From positions 12,778 to 76,777 of the forward strand of contig JAJRUD010000045.1 in assembly GCA_024277995.1 (NCBI GenBank): a stretch of 64,000 nt of DNA, in the 5' to 3' direction. The notes under the pieces were generated by a model. That model saw only the letters and a program-made list of their open reading frames with translations, searched no databases and was not told the origin of the DNA. Origin of the DNA: Chloroflexota bacterium. Lineage in GTDB: Bacteria; Chloroflexota; Anaerolineae; Anaerolineales; E44-bin32. Position 1 is the stretch's first letter; the number at the start of each line of letters is the position of its first letter. Of this stretch, positions 38,778 through 48,980 are shown in pieces. Position numbers and translations under genes: made by a program.

Positions 38778-40402
38778 GGTCCCTCCCGCAGTGCAGCCAG
38801 CGTCTCCATGAGGGCCTCTTCAAGCACCTCGCAACCCTCTCGCACCTCGCCGGGTCTGATGGGCAGCGCGAAGCGCAGTCGGCCGCCGGCCCGTTTCTTG
38901 TCCCATTCCATGGCAGCCCGCACGCGCCCCGGCTCCAGCCCGCGATAGCGGGTCGGAAGGCCCAGGCGCCGCAAGACGGCTTCGATGCGGCCGTCCAATG
39001 CCGCCTCGGCCATACCCAGCGCCTGCGCCAGGCGCGCTTCCGCCACCAGGCCCACCGCCACCGCTTCACCGTGCCGCCAGCGGTAGCCGCTGGCGGCCTC
39101 CAACCCATGAGCCACAGTGTGCCCCAGGTTGAGCCTGGCGCGCGGGCCTTGCTCCAATGGGTCCCTCTCCACCAGGGCGATCTTCACCTTCAGGGATCGC
39201 TCCAGCCAGCGGACGGTCGGCTGGGCGCCCTCGGCCTCCATCCAGCCGAATAGCTGCGGGTCGCCGATCAAGGCCGCCTTGACCACCTCCGCCATGCCGG
39301 CGCGGAACTCGGCCGCCGGCAGCGTGGCCAGCGTGCCTGCCTCCGCCAGCACCAGCGCCGGCGGGTGGAAGGCTCCCACCAGGTTCTTCCCCTGCGGCAG
39401 GTCGACGCCCACCTTGCCGCCCACGCCGGCATCCACCATGGCCAGAAGCGTGGTCGGCAGGTTCACCCAGCGCAGGCCGCGCAGGTGCGTGGCCGCCACG
39501 AAGCCGGCCACGTCGCCCACGACGCCGCCCCCCAGCGCCACCAGCGTGCCGCCGCGCTCCATCCCCGCCCTGGCCAGGGCCGCGTGCAGCCGCGCCACAG
39601 CGTCCAGCGTCTTCGAGCCCTCCCCCTGCGGGAAGACCAGCGGTGCGACGCCCAGCGCCTGCCCCACCCGCTCGCCATACAGCGCACCCACCCTGTCGTC
39701 GCTGATCAAGGCGTAGGGCGGCCCGAGCCCGGCTTCACGGAGCCGCCCCGGCAAGTCTTCGAACAGGTCAGTGCCCAGCCAGACCTGGTAGCCCGATCCT
39801 TGCGCCACTTGCAAGCAAAGCGGGGGCTGCCGCCTGAGGAGGTCAACCACAGCCTCGACCACCTCCGGGAGGGACCGCCCGCTGGTGTCCACCTGCAGGG
39901 GGAAGGAAAGGTAGGCGCTCTGCCGCGAGCGCAGGAGCGCTTCCAGACGCGCCTGCGGGTCGCCTTCCAGCAGGGGACGCCCTGCTCCGTCCCCGGCGCG
40001 CTGCACCAATTCCTGCGTCTCACAGGTCAGGCAGACAACGGTGCCGCTGGCCTCGGCCGCGGCGCGATTGGCCGGGTCGAGCAGCATGCCGCCGCCGCAG
40101 GCCACCACCAGCCCCGCCCGGGGCGCGAGCGCCGCCAAGGCCTGGCGTTCGAGGCGACGGAAGGCCTGCTCGCCCTGGCCGGCGAAGATCTCCGCCACAC
40201 TGGCCCGCTGGCGGGTCTCGATCCAGCCATCGCCGTCTACGAAGGTTCGACCCAATCGCTGCGCCAGCGCGCGGCCCACGGCGCTCTTGCCCACACCGGG
40301 GGGCCCGAAGAGGTAGATGTTGGACGGCTCGAGACCCGCCGGGGGATGGGGGAGATCGGCCGCTCGCGCCGTCGCGGGATCCTGCTGCAATCCGTGTCTC
40401 AC
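38774..40402 (-). CDS. aroKB: Shikimate kinase / 3-dehydroquinate synthase fusion
   Basis: GPPGVGKS, GEQAFR, RPLL; then GGGVVGD, PTTLLAMVD, KNLVGAF, LNLGHT. Confidence 0.93.
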   Translation of the reverse strand: MRHGLQQDPATARAADLPHPPAGLEPSNIYLFGPPGVGKSAVGRALAQRLGRTFVDGDGWIETRQRASVAEIFAGQGEQAFRRLERQALAALAPRAGLVVACGGGMLLDPANRAAAEASGTVVCLTCETQELVQRAGDGAGRPLLEGDPQARLEALLRSRQSAYLSFPLQVDTSGRSLPEVVEAVVDLLRRQPPLCLQVAQGSGYQVWLGTDLFEDLPGRLREAGLGPPYALISDDRVGALYGERVGQALGVAPLVFPQGEGSKTLDAVARLHAALARAGMERGGTLVALGGGVVGDVAGFVAATHLRGLRWVNLPTTLLAMVDAGVGGKVGVDLPQGKNLVGAFHPPALVLAEAGTLATLPAAEFRAGMAEVVKAALIGDPQLFGWMEAEGAQPTVRWLERSLKVKIALVERDPLEQGPRARLNLGHTVAHGLEAASGYRWRHGEAVAVGLVAEARLAQALGMAEAALDGRIEAVLRRLGLPTRYRGLEPGRVRAAMEWDKKRAGGRLRFALPIRPGEVREGCEVLEEALMETLAALREGP

Positions 40403-40415
40403 AGCCAATCTCCGC

Positions 40416-41582
40416 TCATTCCCAGAACACCCGCGGTTCGTCGTCCAGCGGCAGGTCCTCCAGACGCGGCTGCCGCAGCCGGGCGAATCGCTCACGCAGC
40501 TCCGGCAGCGAGTCGCCCCCCAGTTTCTCCAGCAGGGCCTCGGCGAGCACGAAGCACACCACGGCCTCACCCACCACCGCGGCGCGCGGCACGGCGCAGA
40601 AGTCGGAACGTTCATAGCGCGTCCGGGCCGCTTCACCGCGCGCCAGGTCCACTGAGCTCTGCGGCGCCAGCGTGCTGGCGATGGGCTTCATGACCGTGCG
40701 CACCACCAGCGGATCGCCGGTGGTGATCCCACCCTCCAGCCCGCCGGCGCGGTTGCTCCGCCGGACCAGGCGGCCGTCCTCCAGGTCGATGGCGTCCTGC
40801 GCCTGGGTGCCCAGCTTGCGGGCGATGGCAAAACCCTCGCCAACCTCGACGCCTTTGATGGCGGGTATGCCCATCAGCGCCGCGGCTAGGCGGGACCCCA
40901 GGCGCCGGTCCCAATGCACGTAGCTCCCCAGGCCGGCGGGCAGTCCAAGAGCGACCACTTCGAAGACCCCACCCATCGTATCGCGCGCCTGCATGGCGGC
41001 CTCGATCTCCGCCCGCATGGCGCTGCTCGCCGCCTCGTGTGGGCAGCGCACGGCGTCCCGCTCGGCGCCTTCCAGACGCTCTTCGAAGCTGAGCGTCGAC
41101 AGATCGGCCTGCACGGATCCGATGCCCACGACGTAGCTGCCGACGCGGACGCCGAACTGGGCCAGCAGTTTGCGGCACACGGCCCCCACCGCCACGCGCG
41201 CCGCCGTCTCGCGCGCTGAGGCCCGCTCCAGGGCGAAGCGCAAGTGGCGATAGCCGTACTTCAGCGCGCCGGTCAGGTCGGCGTGTCCGGGGCGCGGCAC
41301 GGTCATCGGCTCCACCGGCCGGCCCTTCCATTGGGTGTGGTCCAGGTTGGGGATGAGCAGTGCCAGGGGCGCACCGATGGTCTCGCCGGCCAGCACGCCG
41401 CCCAGAATCTGCACTGCATCGCGCTCCAGCTTCATGCGCGGCCCGCCGCCGAAGCCCCGCTGGCGGCGGGCCAGATCCGGCGCGATGTCGGCCGGCGAAA
41501 GTGCCAAACCCGCCGGCATCCCTTCCAGGATGGCGATCACAGCCGGCCCATGGGACTCACCTGCGGTCAGGAACCGCAACAT
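40416..41582 (-). CDS. aroC: Chorismate synthase
   Basis: TAGESHG, RPGHAD, ERASARET, MKPI. Confidence 0.97.
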   Translation of the reverse strand: MLRFLTAGESHGPAVIAILEGMPAGLALSPADIAPDLARRQRGFGGGPRMKLERDAVQILGGVLAGETIGAPLALLIPNLDHTQWKGRPVEPMTVPRPGHADLTGALKYGYRHLRFALERASARETAARVAVGAVCRKLLAQFGVRVGSYVVGIGSVQADLSTLSFEERLEGAERDAVRCPHEAASSAMRAEIEAAMQARDTMGGVFEVVALGLPAGLGSYVHWDRRLGSRLAAALMGIPAIKGVEVGEGFAIARKLGTQAQDAIDLEDGRLVRRSNRAGGLEGGITTGDPLVVRTVMKPIASTLAPQSSVDLARGEAARTRYERSDFCAVPRAAVVGEAVVCFVLAEALLEKLGGDSLPELRERFARLRQPRLEDLPLDDEPRVFWE

Positions 41583-42417
41583 CCAGTGCCTCCAATCGGG
41601 CTACGGCCGCGCGGCGCATCACCGCACGCGGCGCCGTGGCCCCCGTCCAGCGTTCCAGGGCCAGCGCGCCCTGCTCCACCAGCATCCCCAGCCCTCCGCT
41701 CGCCCGGAGTCCCTCATGCTGCGCCCGCCTCACCAGAGACGAGCGCCGCGGGTTGTACACCAGGTCGTACACGAAAGCCCCTTCCGGAAGAGGCACCTCG
41801 CGCGGCCACGGCGAAACCCGGCTGGCGGGAGCCATGCCCAGCGGCGTGGCATTGACCAAGAGGGAACAGCCCCCGGCGGCCTGGCGAAAGCTCTCCGCCG
41901 TCCATGGGAAGATTTTCACCGGGGCGAGCCGATCGACGGCCTGCGCCAGGGCCAGCCCCTGGGCTTCCCGGCGGCACACGATGTGCAGCCCCATCCCCAG
42001 GGAGGCCAGCGCGCAGGCCACCGCCCGCGCCGCCCCGCCCGCTCCCAGAACCACGGCCGTCTCCGCCTCCGGCTCGACGCCCTGCGCCCGCAGGTCCGCC
42101 AGGAACCCCGCCACGTCGGTGTTGTCCCCGACCAGGCGCCCCTCCCGCTTGAAGATCGTGTTGACCGCGCCCACGCTGCGGGCCTGCCCCGTGAGTCCGT
42201 CCAGCAGCCGGATCACCCGCTCCTTATGCGGGATGGTGACGTTGGCGCCCACCCAGGACTCGCGGCGCAGCTCGTCCAGCGCCGGCGGCAGGGACTCAGG
42301 GGGAACATTCAGCGTCAGGTATTGCCACGCCAGTCCCAGCGCGGCGAAGGCCGCGTTCTGCATGGCCGGGGAGACCGAATGACCAAGCGGGTGGCCGATC
42401 AGCGCGACGCGTTTCAT
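41557..42417 (-). CDS. aroE: Shikimate dehydrogenase
   Basis: HSVSP, NVTIPHK, AVNT, NTD, GAGGAA. Confidence 0.95.
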   Translation of the reverse strand: MKRVALIGHPLGHSVSPAMQNAAFAALGLAWQYLTLNVPPESLPPALDELRRESWVGANVTIPHKERVIRLLDGLTGQARSVGAVNTIFKREGRLVGDNTDVAGFLADLRAQGVEPEAETAVVLGAGGAARAVACALASLGMGLHIVCRREAQGLALAQAVDRLAPVKIFPWTAESFRQAAGGCSLLVNATPLGMAPASRVSPWPREVPLPEGAFVYDLVYNPRRSSLVRRAQHEGLRASGGLGMLVEQGALALERWTGATAPRAVMRRAAVARLEALDVAVPDRR

Positions 42418-43712
42418 CTTATCGAGGCCCCCAGGGAAACCAGTGTCTCGGCGAAGCCAGGGTAGGACTCGGTGATGCATTCCGCCCCGCCGATCAGCGT
42501 CTCGCCTCGCGCGATCAGCCCGGCCACGGTCAGCGCCATCGCCAGGCGATGATCGCCGTGAGAGTCGACGGCCGCGCCCTGGAGCTCCGTCGGGCCGGAG
42601 ACCACGAATCCGTCCGGGTGCTCCTCGATCGCCGCGCCCATCTTGCGCAGCTCGGAGACCAGCGCCGCGATGCGGTCCGACTCCTTCAGGCGCAGCTCCT
42701 GCGCGTCGCGCACCACGCTCTCCCCTTGGGCCTGCGTGGCGATCACGGCGAAGACGGGGAACTCGTCGATCATGCGCACCACCTGGGCGCCGCCGATCTC
42801 CACCGCGCGCATCTCCCCGGATCGCACTTTCAAGTTGGCGACCGGCTCACCGCCCTCCAGGTGCTCGCCCTCCACCTGCACGACGGCGCCCATCGCCTCC
42901 ATGGCCTCCAGCAGACCCGTGCGTGTGGGATTGACCCCCACCCCCAGCATCTCCAGCCGCGCGCCGGGCACGACGGCGCCCGCCGCCAGGGTGAAGGCGG
43001 CCGAGGAGAAATCGCCGGGGATGGTCAGCGTGAAGGGCGGCAGCGGTTCATGTTCATGACCCGGGTTGAGCGTGATCCGGCCGTTCTGCTGCGCCAGGGA
43101 CACGCCCAGGCTCTGCAGCATGCGTTCGGTATGATCGCGCGACTGCGCCGGCTCCCACAGGGTGGTGGAACCCTCGGCGTGCAGGCCCGCCAGCAGCAGG
43201 GCCGTCTTCACCTGGGCCGAGGCCACGGGCAAGCGGTAGGTGATCCCGTGCAGCTGCGTACCCCGCACCTGCAGTGGAGGCTGGTCCCCGTCGCCCTGCC
43301 CGCAGATGCGCGCCCCCATGAGCCGCAGGGGTTCAACGACGCGGCCCATTGGCCTGCGGTGCAGCCGCTCGCTGCCCTGCAGCGTCGCCTCGAGCGGCCT
43401 GCCGGCCAGCGCGCCCAGCAACATGCGCATGGTGGCACCCGAGTTGCGGCAGTCCAGCGGTGCGGCCGGCGAACGCCAATCGCGGCCCAACACCAGCAGG
43501 TCGTCGGAGCCCAGGGCTTCGGCTTCCACGCCCAGCGCGGTCAGGCAATCCAGCATGGCCTGCGTGACGCCGGAGCGCAGAAAGCCCCGCAGGCGACTCG
43601 GGCCGTGCGCCAACGAGGCGAACAACAGCGCCCTGTGGGTGATGGACTTGTCACCGGGTGGACGGAGGCTCCCCTTCAGGTCACGCGCCGGGCCAGAGAC
43701 GATCAATTCCAT
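42414..43712 (-). CDS. aroA: EPSP synthase
   Basis: DKSITHR, NSGATMR, SAQVK, RDHTERM, KESDR, DHRLAM. Confidence 0.97.
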   Translation of the reverse strand: MELIVSGPARDLKGSLRPPGDKSITHRALLFASLAHGPSRLRGFLRSGVTQAMLDCLTALGVEAEALGSDDLLVLGRDWRSPAAPLDCRNSGATMRMLLGALAGRPLEATLQGSERLHRRPMGRVVEPLRLMGARICGQGDGDQPPLQVRGTQLHGITYRLPVASAQVKTALLLAGLHAEGSTTLWEPAQSRDHTERMLQSLGVSLAQQNGRITLNPGHEHEPLPPFTLTIPGDFSSAAFTLAAGAVVPGARLEMLGVGVNPTRTGLLEAMEAMGAVVQVEGEHLEGGEPVANLKVRSGEMRAVEIGGAQVVRMIDEFPVFAVIATQAQGESVVRDAQELRLKESDRIAALVSELRKMGAAIEEHPDGFVVSGPTELQGAAVDSHGDHRLAMALTVAGLIARGETLIGGAECITESYPGFAETLVSLGASIR

Positions 43713-43728
43713 CGAGCACCTCGCAGCA

Positions 43729-44592
43729 TCAGGATCCTCCGGGGCGGGAAGCGCGCACTTCGCGCAGGCGCTTTAGCACCAGGTGGAGCGCTTGCTCGTC
43801 GCCGGCGGCCAACAGCTCTTCCATCCGCTCGAGCGCAGCCCGCACACGCCCGAGCGCAGCGCGCACGTTGTCGCGGTTGGTGAGCAGGATGTCGAGCATC
43901 ATGGAGACGTCGCTGGCCGCCAGGCGGCTGGTATCGCGGAAACCGGAGGCCGCCAGCGACCACAGCTCCGGCTCTTCAGAGGCCGCCTGGTGCGCCGCCT
44001 CGACCAACCCGGCCGCCATGAGATAGGGCAGGTGGCTGGTGAGGGCCACGAGCCTGTCGTGGCGGGCGGCATCCATCACCAAGGGCTGCGCCCCCATCGT
44101 GTGTACCAGCTCTTCGGCCAGGGAACGCGCCGCGGGCGAGGTGCGCTCCAGGGGGGTAAGCACGAAGGTCGAACCCTGGAAGAGGCCGGGCAACGCTGCC
44201 TCCAGGCCGGAGGTCTCCTTGCCGCACAGGGGATGCCCCCCGATGGGGTCGGCACCCTCCGGCAGCGTCTGCATGGCCTGCACCACGGCCACCTTGGTCG
44301 AGCCCACGTCGAGCACGTAAGGCGGTAGCGGCAGGTCCCGCCCCAGGCGCTGCAGCAGGCTCAGGATGGCGCGCACGGGCACAGCCAGGATGGCCAGGTC
44401 GCAATCCGCCAGCGCCGAGGCCAGGTCCGTCGTGGCGCGATCCACCAGGCGCAGGGAACGAGCGCACTCGACCGCCGCGGGATCGCTGTCGACCCCGATC
44501 AGCCCGGCAGAGCGCCCCCGCAGGCCGTGCGCCAGGGAGCCACCCATCAGCCCCAGACCGACCAGCGCGATCCGCGTCTCGCGCAGCTTCAT
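43729..44592 (-). CDS. tyrA: Prephenate/arogenate dehydrogenase (no ACT domain)
   Basis: [31 protein letters not shown]. Confidence 0.93.
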   Translation of the reverse strand: MKLRETRIALVGLGLMGGSLAHGLRGRSAGLIGVDSDPAAVECARSLRLVDRATTDLASALADCDLAILAVPVRAILSLLQRLGRDLPLPPYVLDVGSTKVAVVQAMQTLPEGADPIGGHPLCGKETSGLEAALPGLFQGSTFVLTPLERTSPAARSLAEELVHTMGAQPLVMDAARHDRLVALTSHLPYLMAAGLVEAAHQAASEEPELWSLAASGFRDTSRLAASDVSMMLDILLTNRDNVRAALGRVRAALERMEELLAAGDEQALHLVLKRLREVRASRPGGS

Positions 44593-45614
44593 TTCGCCTC
44601 CGGAACGCGGCGGCCCACCGCTTCAGCCAACGCGCGTACCTGCGTCACCAGCCGGGCGAAGCGCTCCGGGGTCAGGCTCTGCCCGCCGTCGGAGAGCGCC
44701 TCGTCGGGCCGCGGGTGCACCTCCACCATCAGTCCGTCGGCCCCGGCGGCGACTCCCGCCCGCGCCACGGCGGTGACGTAGGTCCAGCGGCCGGTGCTGT
44801 GGCTGGGGTCGAGCAGCACCGGCAGGTGGGAGAGGTGCTTGACCACCGGGATGGCGTTGATGTCGGTGGTGTTGCGCGTGTAATGTTCGAAGGTGCGGAT
44901 GCCCCGCTCGCAGAGCATGAGGCGCGGATTCCCCTGGGCGAGCACGTACTCGGCCGCCATCAGCCACTCCTCGATGGTCGCCATCATGCCGCGTTTGAGC
45001 AGCACGGGGCGCCCCGACAGGCCGGCAGCACGCAGCAGGGCGAAGTTCTGCATGCTGCGCGCGCCGATCTGCACCACGTCGGCGTAGCGCGCTACCAGCG
45101 GCACTTGCTCGGGCGACATGGCCTCGCTGACGATGGGCAGCCCGGTGGCGGCGCGCGCCTCGGCCAGCAGCTCGAGCCCGGCCTCCCCCATCCCCTGGAA
45201 GCTGTAGGGCGAGGTGCGCGGTTTGAAGGCGCCGCCGCGCAGCGCACTCGCGCCGGCCTCCTTCACCGCGTGCGCCGTCTCCAGCAACTGCGAGCGGCTC
45301 TCTACCGAGCAGGGTCCGGCGATGAGCACCACCTGCGGGCCGCCGACCTTCACCCCGTTCAGCGCCACCACCGTGTTCTGCGGCTGCATCTCGCGCGAGG
45401 CCAGCTTGAAAGGACGCAGCACCGGCATGACCTTCTCGACACCCTCCAGCGCCTCGAACTGCCGCCCGTCGATGGGCCGCCCGTCGCCGATGACGCCGAT
45501 CACCGTGCGCTCTTCGCCGGCGCTCAGGTGCGTGCTGTAGCCGCGCCCTTCCAGGGCGGCGATCACGGCCGCGATCTGGCTGGCGCCGGCACTGTGCTCC
45601 ATCACGATGATCAT
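44589..45614 (-). CDS. aroF: DAHP synthase type I-beta with N-terminal regulatory domain
   Basis: [31 protein letters not shown]. Confidence 0.96.
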   Translation of the reverse strand: MIIVMEHSAGASQIAAVIAALEGRGYSTHLSAGEERTVIGVIGDGRPIDGRQFEALEGVEKVMPVLRPFKLASREMQPQNTVVALNGVKVGGPQVVLIAGPCSVESRSQLLETAHAVKEAGASALRGGAFKPRTSPYSFQGMGEAGLELLAEARAATGLPIVSEAMSPEQVPLVARYADVVQIGARSMQNFALLRAAGLSGRPVLLKRGMMATIEEWLMAAEYVLAQGNPRLMLCERGIRTFEHYTRNTTDINAIPVVKHLSHLPVLLDPSHSTGRWTYVTAVARAGVAAGADGLMVEVHPRPDEALSDGGQSLTPERFARLVTQVRALAEAVGRRVPEAK

Positions 45615-45678
45615 CGTGCACCTCCTCTTGCAGCCGCCTGCTGCACTCGGGCCGGCAGGTCGCTGCTTCCCCTGCGGG

Positions 45679-45714
45679 AAAAAAGAAAAAGCGCCGAGCC
45701 GTTGCTCCGCGCTT
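45679..45714 (-). terminator. Attenuator terminator upstream of aroF
   Basis: Minus strand AGCGCGGAGC-AACG-GCTCGGCGCT followed by TTTTCTTTTTT. Confidence 0.8.
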
Positions 45715-45741
45715 GTGTGTCCGCATAGATGTTACCGAACG

Positions 45742-45831
45742 CTAGTCAAGCCGAAGCAGCGGCGGGCCCTCCGTCGCAAAGTAGTAAAAATAAAAGGCGT
45801 TGACGTAGACGTTCAGCGCTCGGTTTTCCAT
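45742..45831 (-). CDS. Phe/Tyr-rich leader peptide MENRALNVYVNAFYFYYFATEGPPLLRLD
   Basis: AGGAG RBS, FYFYYF run; lies between the promoter and the terminator. Confidence 0.85.
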   Translation of the reverse strand: MENRALNVYVNAFYFYYFATEGPPLLRLD

Positions 45832-45850
45832 GTCGCTCCTGATTGGCGGC

Positions 45851-45880
45851 ATCTTAGCACAGAGCGCGACGCGATGTCAA
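45851..45880 (-). promoter_or_regulatory. Sigma70 promoter of the aro operon (TTGACA-18-TAAGAT, extended -10 TGc)
   Basis: Read directly on the minus strand. Confidence 0.75.
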
Positions 45881-46475
45881 GCTTTCGCCCGCTGCAGGGT
45901 GCTTTTCCGATCAGTCGGCGGCCGGGCCGGGTGCCCCCGTGCACCTCGCAGGCAGCGCCGGCTGCCCCCCAGGCCCACCGAACCCTCTGCGCTCTCTTCT
46001 CAGGAAAACCTCTTCAGGCACCCGCGCGTCCCGGGTGCCGCCGTCCCGCGACGGCTCGCGCGGCCGGGCCCCCACCGCAGCCCGCCAGGGAACGGGCCAT
46101 GGGGCGCCAGTTCGCCCGCCGGTGCATGGACGACGCCGGGGACGGAGGACGGAGCAGGGGCGCGATGCACTTCGCCTCCGAGCACGCCGCCTGCGCCGCC
46201 CCCCGGCGGCAAGCCGCCGGGCTCCCGCGATTGGATGCCCTCCCAGCCAGCAGCCCCGGCTCCCACGTCGGGGCACCCGTGCGGCGAAGTCGGAGTCCGC
46301 AGGCTTGCCTGCGGGCCGCGGCAGAGCCGCGGGACTGAGGCGCGGCAGCTGGAGGGAACTGCAAAGGCGAGGCGTGAGGCGCCGCCTGCGCCGGCCCCGG
46401 CGGCACCCACCATAGTGCTTGCACTTTGCCTTATACTGGTTACCAAACCCGATCCCGAGACACGCGTGGAGTGCG

Positions 46476-47342
46476 ATGGAGAATCCAGAGAAAAGCCCCG
46501 GTGACGGCCCCGTCGCCTTCCAGGGAGAACCCGGCGCCTACAGCGAGATGGCGGTGATGCAGCTCTTCGGGCCCCAGGCCTTTTCCCTCCCCTGCGAGAC
46601 CTTCGAGCTGGTCTTCGAGCGCGTCGAGACGGGGCAGGCCGCAGCGGGCGTGATCCCCATCGAGAATTCCCTGGCGGGCAGCGTGCACCGCAATTACGAC
46701 CTGCTGCTACGCCACGACCTGGTCATCGTCGGCGAATACCACCTGCGCGTGCGCCACTGCCTGCTGGCCCTGCCGGGCGTGGCGCTGGCCGAGATCCGCC
46801 GCGTCTATTCCCACCCGCAGGCCCTGGCCCAATGCGAGGGCTATCTGAGCCGGCTGGCCGATGTGACGGCCATCTACACCCACGACACCGCCGGCAGCGC
46901 TCGCATGCTGAGAGAGGAGGGCTGGCGCGACGCGGCCGCCATCGCCTCGCAGCGGGCAGCCGAGATCTACGACATGCAGATCCTGGCCGAGGGCATCGAG
47001 GACGACCCCGCCAACTTCACGCGCTTCCTGGCCCTGGCGAAAGAACCCGTGACGCCCGGCCCGGACGCCAAGACCTCCATCGTCTTCACCCTGCCCCACC
47101 GCCCGGGCGCGCTCTTCGAAGCCCTGCGCCCCTTCGCCACCCGGGGCATCGACCTGACCAAGATCGAATCACGTCCCCTTGTCGGCCGACCCTGGGAGTA
47201 CCTCTTCTACCTGGACTTCCTCGGCGCACCCGACGATCCCCAGGTCGCCGACGCGCTGGAAGAGCTGGGGAGTGTGACGGCCATGATGCGCCAATTGGGC
47301 GCTTATCCGCGCGATGCATGGAACGCGCGGCAGGGGGCATGA
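46476..47342 (+). CDS. pheA: Prephenate dehydratase with ACT domain
   Basis: [38 protein letters not shown]. Confidence 0.96.
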   Translation: MENPEKSPGDGPVAFQGEPGAYSEMAVMQLFGPQAFSLPCETFELVFERVETGQAAAGVIPIENSLAGSVHRNYDLLLRHDLVIVGEYHLRVRHCLLALPGVALAEIRRVYSHPQALAQCEGYLSRLADVTAIYTHDTAGSARMLREEGWRDAAAIASQRAAEIYDMQILAEGIEDDPANFTRFLALAKEPVTPGPDAKTSIVFTLPHRPGALFEALRPFATRGIDLTKIESRPLVGRPWEYLFYLDFLGAPDDPQVADALEELGSVTAMMRQLGAYPRDAWNARQGA

Positions 47343-47367
47343 AGCCCATGACCGCGAAAGGCCTTTG

Positions 47368-47742
47368 ATGTCCACTCGTGCAGCGCGCGGCGCGATCACC
47401 GTTCCCGAGAATACTCGTCCAGCCATCCTGCGGGCGGCGCGCGAGATGCTCGAGGCTCTCGCTCAGGCCAACGGCATCACCCCCGAGAAAGTGATCTCGG
47501 CCGTGTTCACCGCCACCCCAGACCTGGACGCCGCCTACCCGGCCGAAGCCGCCCGCGGCCTGGGCTGGCGGCGCGCCGGGCTGCTCTGCACGCAGGAGAT
47601 GGCGGTGGCCGGCAGCCTGCCCATGTGCCTGCGGGTGCTGGTGCTGTGGGAGAGCGAGGTGTCCCAGCGCGAGGTCCGCCACTGCTATCTGCGCGGCGCC
47701 GCCAACCTGCGCCCCGACCTGGCGCAGCGGGATTCCGATTAG
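47368..47742 (+). CDS. aroH: AroH-class chorismate mutase
   Basis: RGAIT, FTATPDL.AAYPA.AAR, YLRGAANLRPDL. Confidence 0.95.
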   Translation: MSTRAARGAITVPENTRPAILRAAREMLEALAQANGITPEKVISAVFTATPDLDAAYPAEAARGLGWRRAGLLCTQEMAVAGSLPMCLRVLVLWESEVSQREVRHCYLRGAANLRPDLAQRDSD

Positions 47743-48002
47743 TTTCACACCCTGTGCCAGGTTGCTGCACGTGCATCCCATCGGGCGCCGCGCCTGCACC
47801 GCCCCGAGCTGATGGGGTTGAGACAACCCGAGCGGCGCGCGCCTGGGGCAACACTCCTCTTTCTTCATCCAGCAAAATGGCAGGGAGGCTCCCGCGTGGC
47901 GGCAGGTGCACCTTGCTGCGCGCTTCGTGCCTTGGTGCCTTTGTCGTTCATGCCAATGCTATTTGGCCAATGACAACCAGGACACATGGACCCTGGTTAG
48001 GG

Positions 48003-48980
48003 TCATGGAGCCTGTGACCCCTCGCCGGATAGGGCCATCCACCAGATGGCCTGCACCAGGGCATCGACCTGGGCCGGCTCCAGTATGCTCCCCCAATAGG
48101 GCATGCCCGTGCCCATCCCGCCGCGCAGGATCTTGCCCTCCAGCACTACAGTGCTCGCCGTGGCCATGCGGGCCAGGTCCGTAAAGGAGGCCACCGGGGG
48201 ATCGGCGAAGGCCTCGGCCATCACGCCATCGCCCCCGCCCTGAGGGCCGTGGCACGCGGCGCAGTTCGCCTGGAAGGTCTCAAGGCCCCTGCGGACCTGG
48301 TCGCGATCCAGCCGATCGGTCCAAAGGTAGGCCAGCAGGTCCCACAGCGCGGCGTCGTCCAGCGCCGTCAGCGCCGGGTCGGCGCGCAGCCGGTTCCAGG
48401 CCTCGATCGGCGTCGTCAGGTCCGGATCCTTTGGATCCAGCCAGGCGCCCTGCGGCGCCAGACCCGGGACGGCGCCTCTCTGCGCCGAGGGCCGCACACC
48501 GGTCAACCTCTCGATCGCCTCCCGGCTGTCGATATCCACCCCATAGCGCACGAAGCGCGGCGGAGGGGCTGCGGTGGATGTGGGGTAGATGCCCTGCGGG
48601 TCGACCACGATGATCGTGCCCGTCATGCGCCAGTGGTTCGGCCCGCACCAGCGCGTGCAGTAGAAGGTGTATTCACCGGGAGCCTGCGGCCGCCACCTCA
48701 CCTCCCGCCAGCGGCCCGGCTCCAGACTGATGGGCTCCATCCCGCTGCGGGCGATGGCGAAACCGTGGACCACGTCATCGCTGGTCAGACGGAAGCGCAT
48801 CTCCTGGCCCACTTCGGCCCGGATCTCGTCCAGGCTCCACCCGCCCTGCTCGGGCATGCGCGCGTGCAGGGTCACGACCTGGGCGGCGTCAGCTCCCGAG
48901 CGCGCCGCCTGGCTCCAGAGGGCGGCGGCCGGAACGCCGACCAGCAGCGCCGCCAGCAACAGCCGGGGAAACCATTTCAC
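48003..48980 (-). CDS. CuA cupredoxin (COX2-like) fused to cytochrome c
   Basis: DVVHGF...CTRWCGPNHWRM; CAACH...GMP; GTG48980. Confidence 0.85.
   Translation of the reverse strand: MKWFPRLLLAALLVGVPAAALWSQAARSGADAAQVVTLHARMPEQGGWSLDEIRAEVGQEMRFRLTSDDVVHGFAIARSGMEPISLEPGRWREVRWRPQAPGEYTFYCTRWCGPNHWRMTGTIIVVDPQGIYPTSTAAPPPRFVRYGVDIDSREAIERLTGVRPSAQRGAVPGLAPQGAWLDPKDPDLTTPIEAWNRLRADPALTALDDAALWDLLAYLWTDRLDRDQVRRGLETFQANCAACHGPQGGGDGVMAEAFADPPVASFTDLARMATASTVVLEGKILRGGMGTGMPYWGSILEPAQVDALVQAIWWMALSGEGSQAP

Noticed and set aside
37150-39108. 652-aa ORF as a large aminotransferase fusion
   Set aside because: The N-terminal 260 aa overlap aroQ/aroB in another frame; the real start is GTG38328
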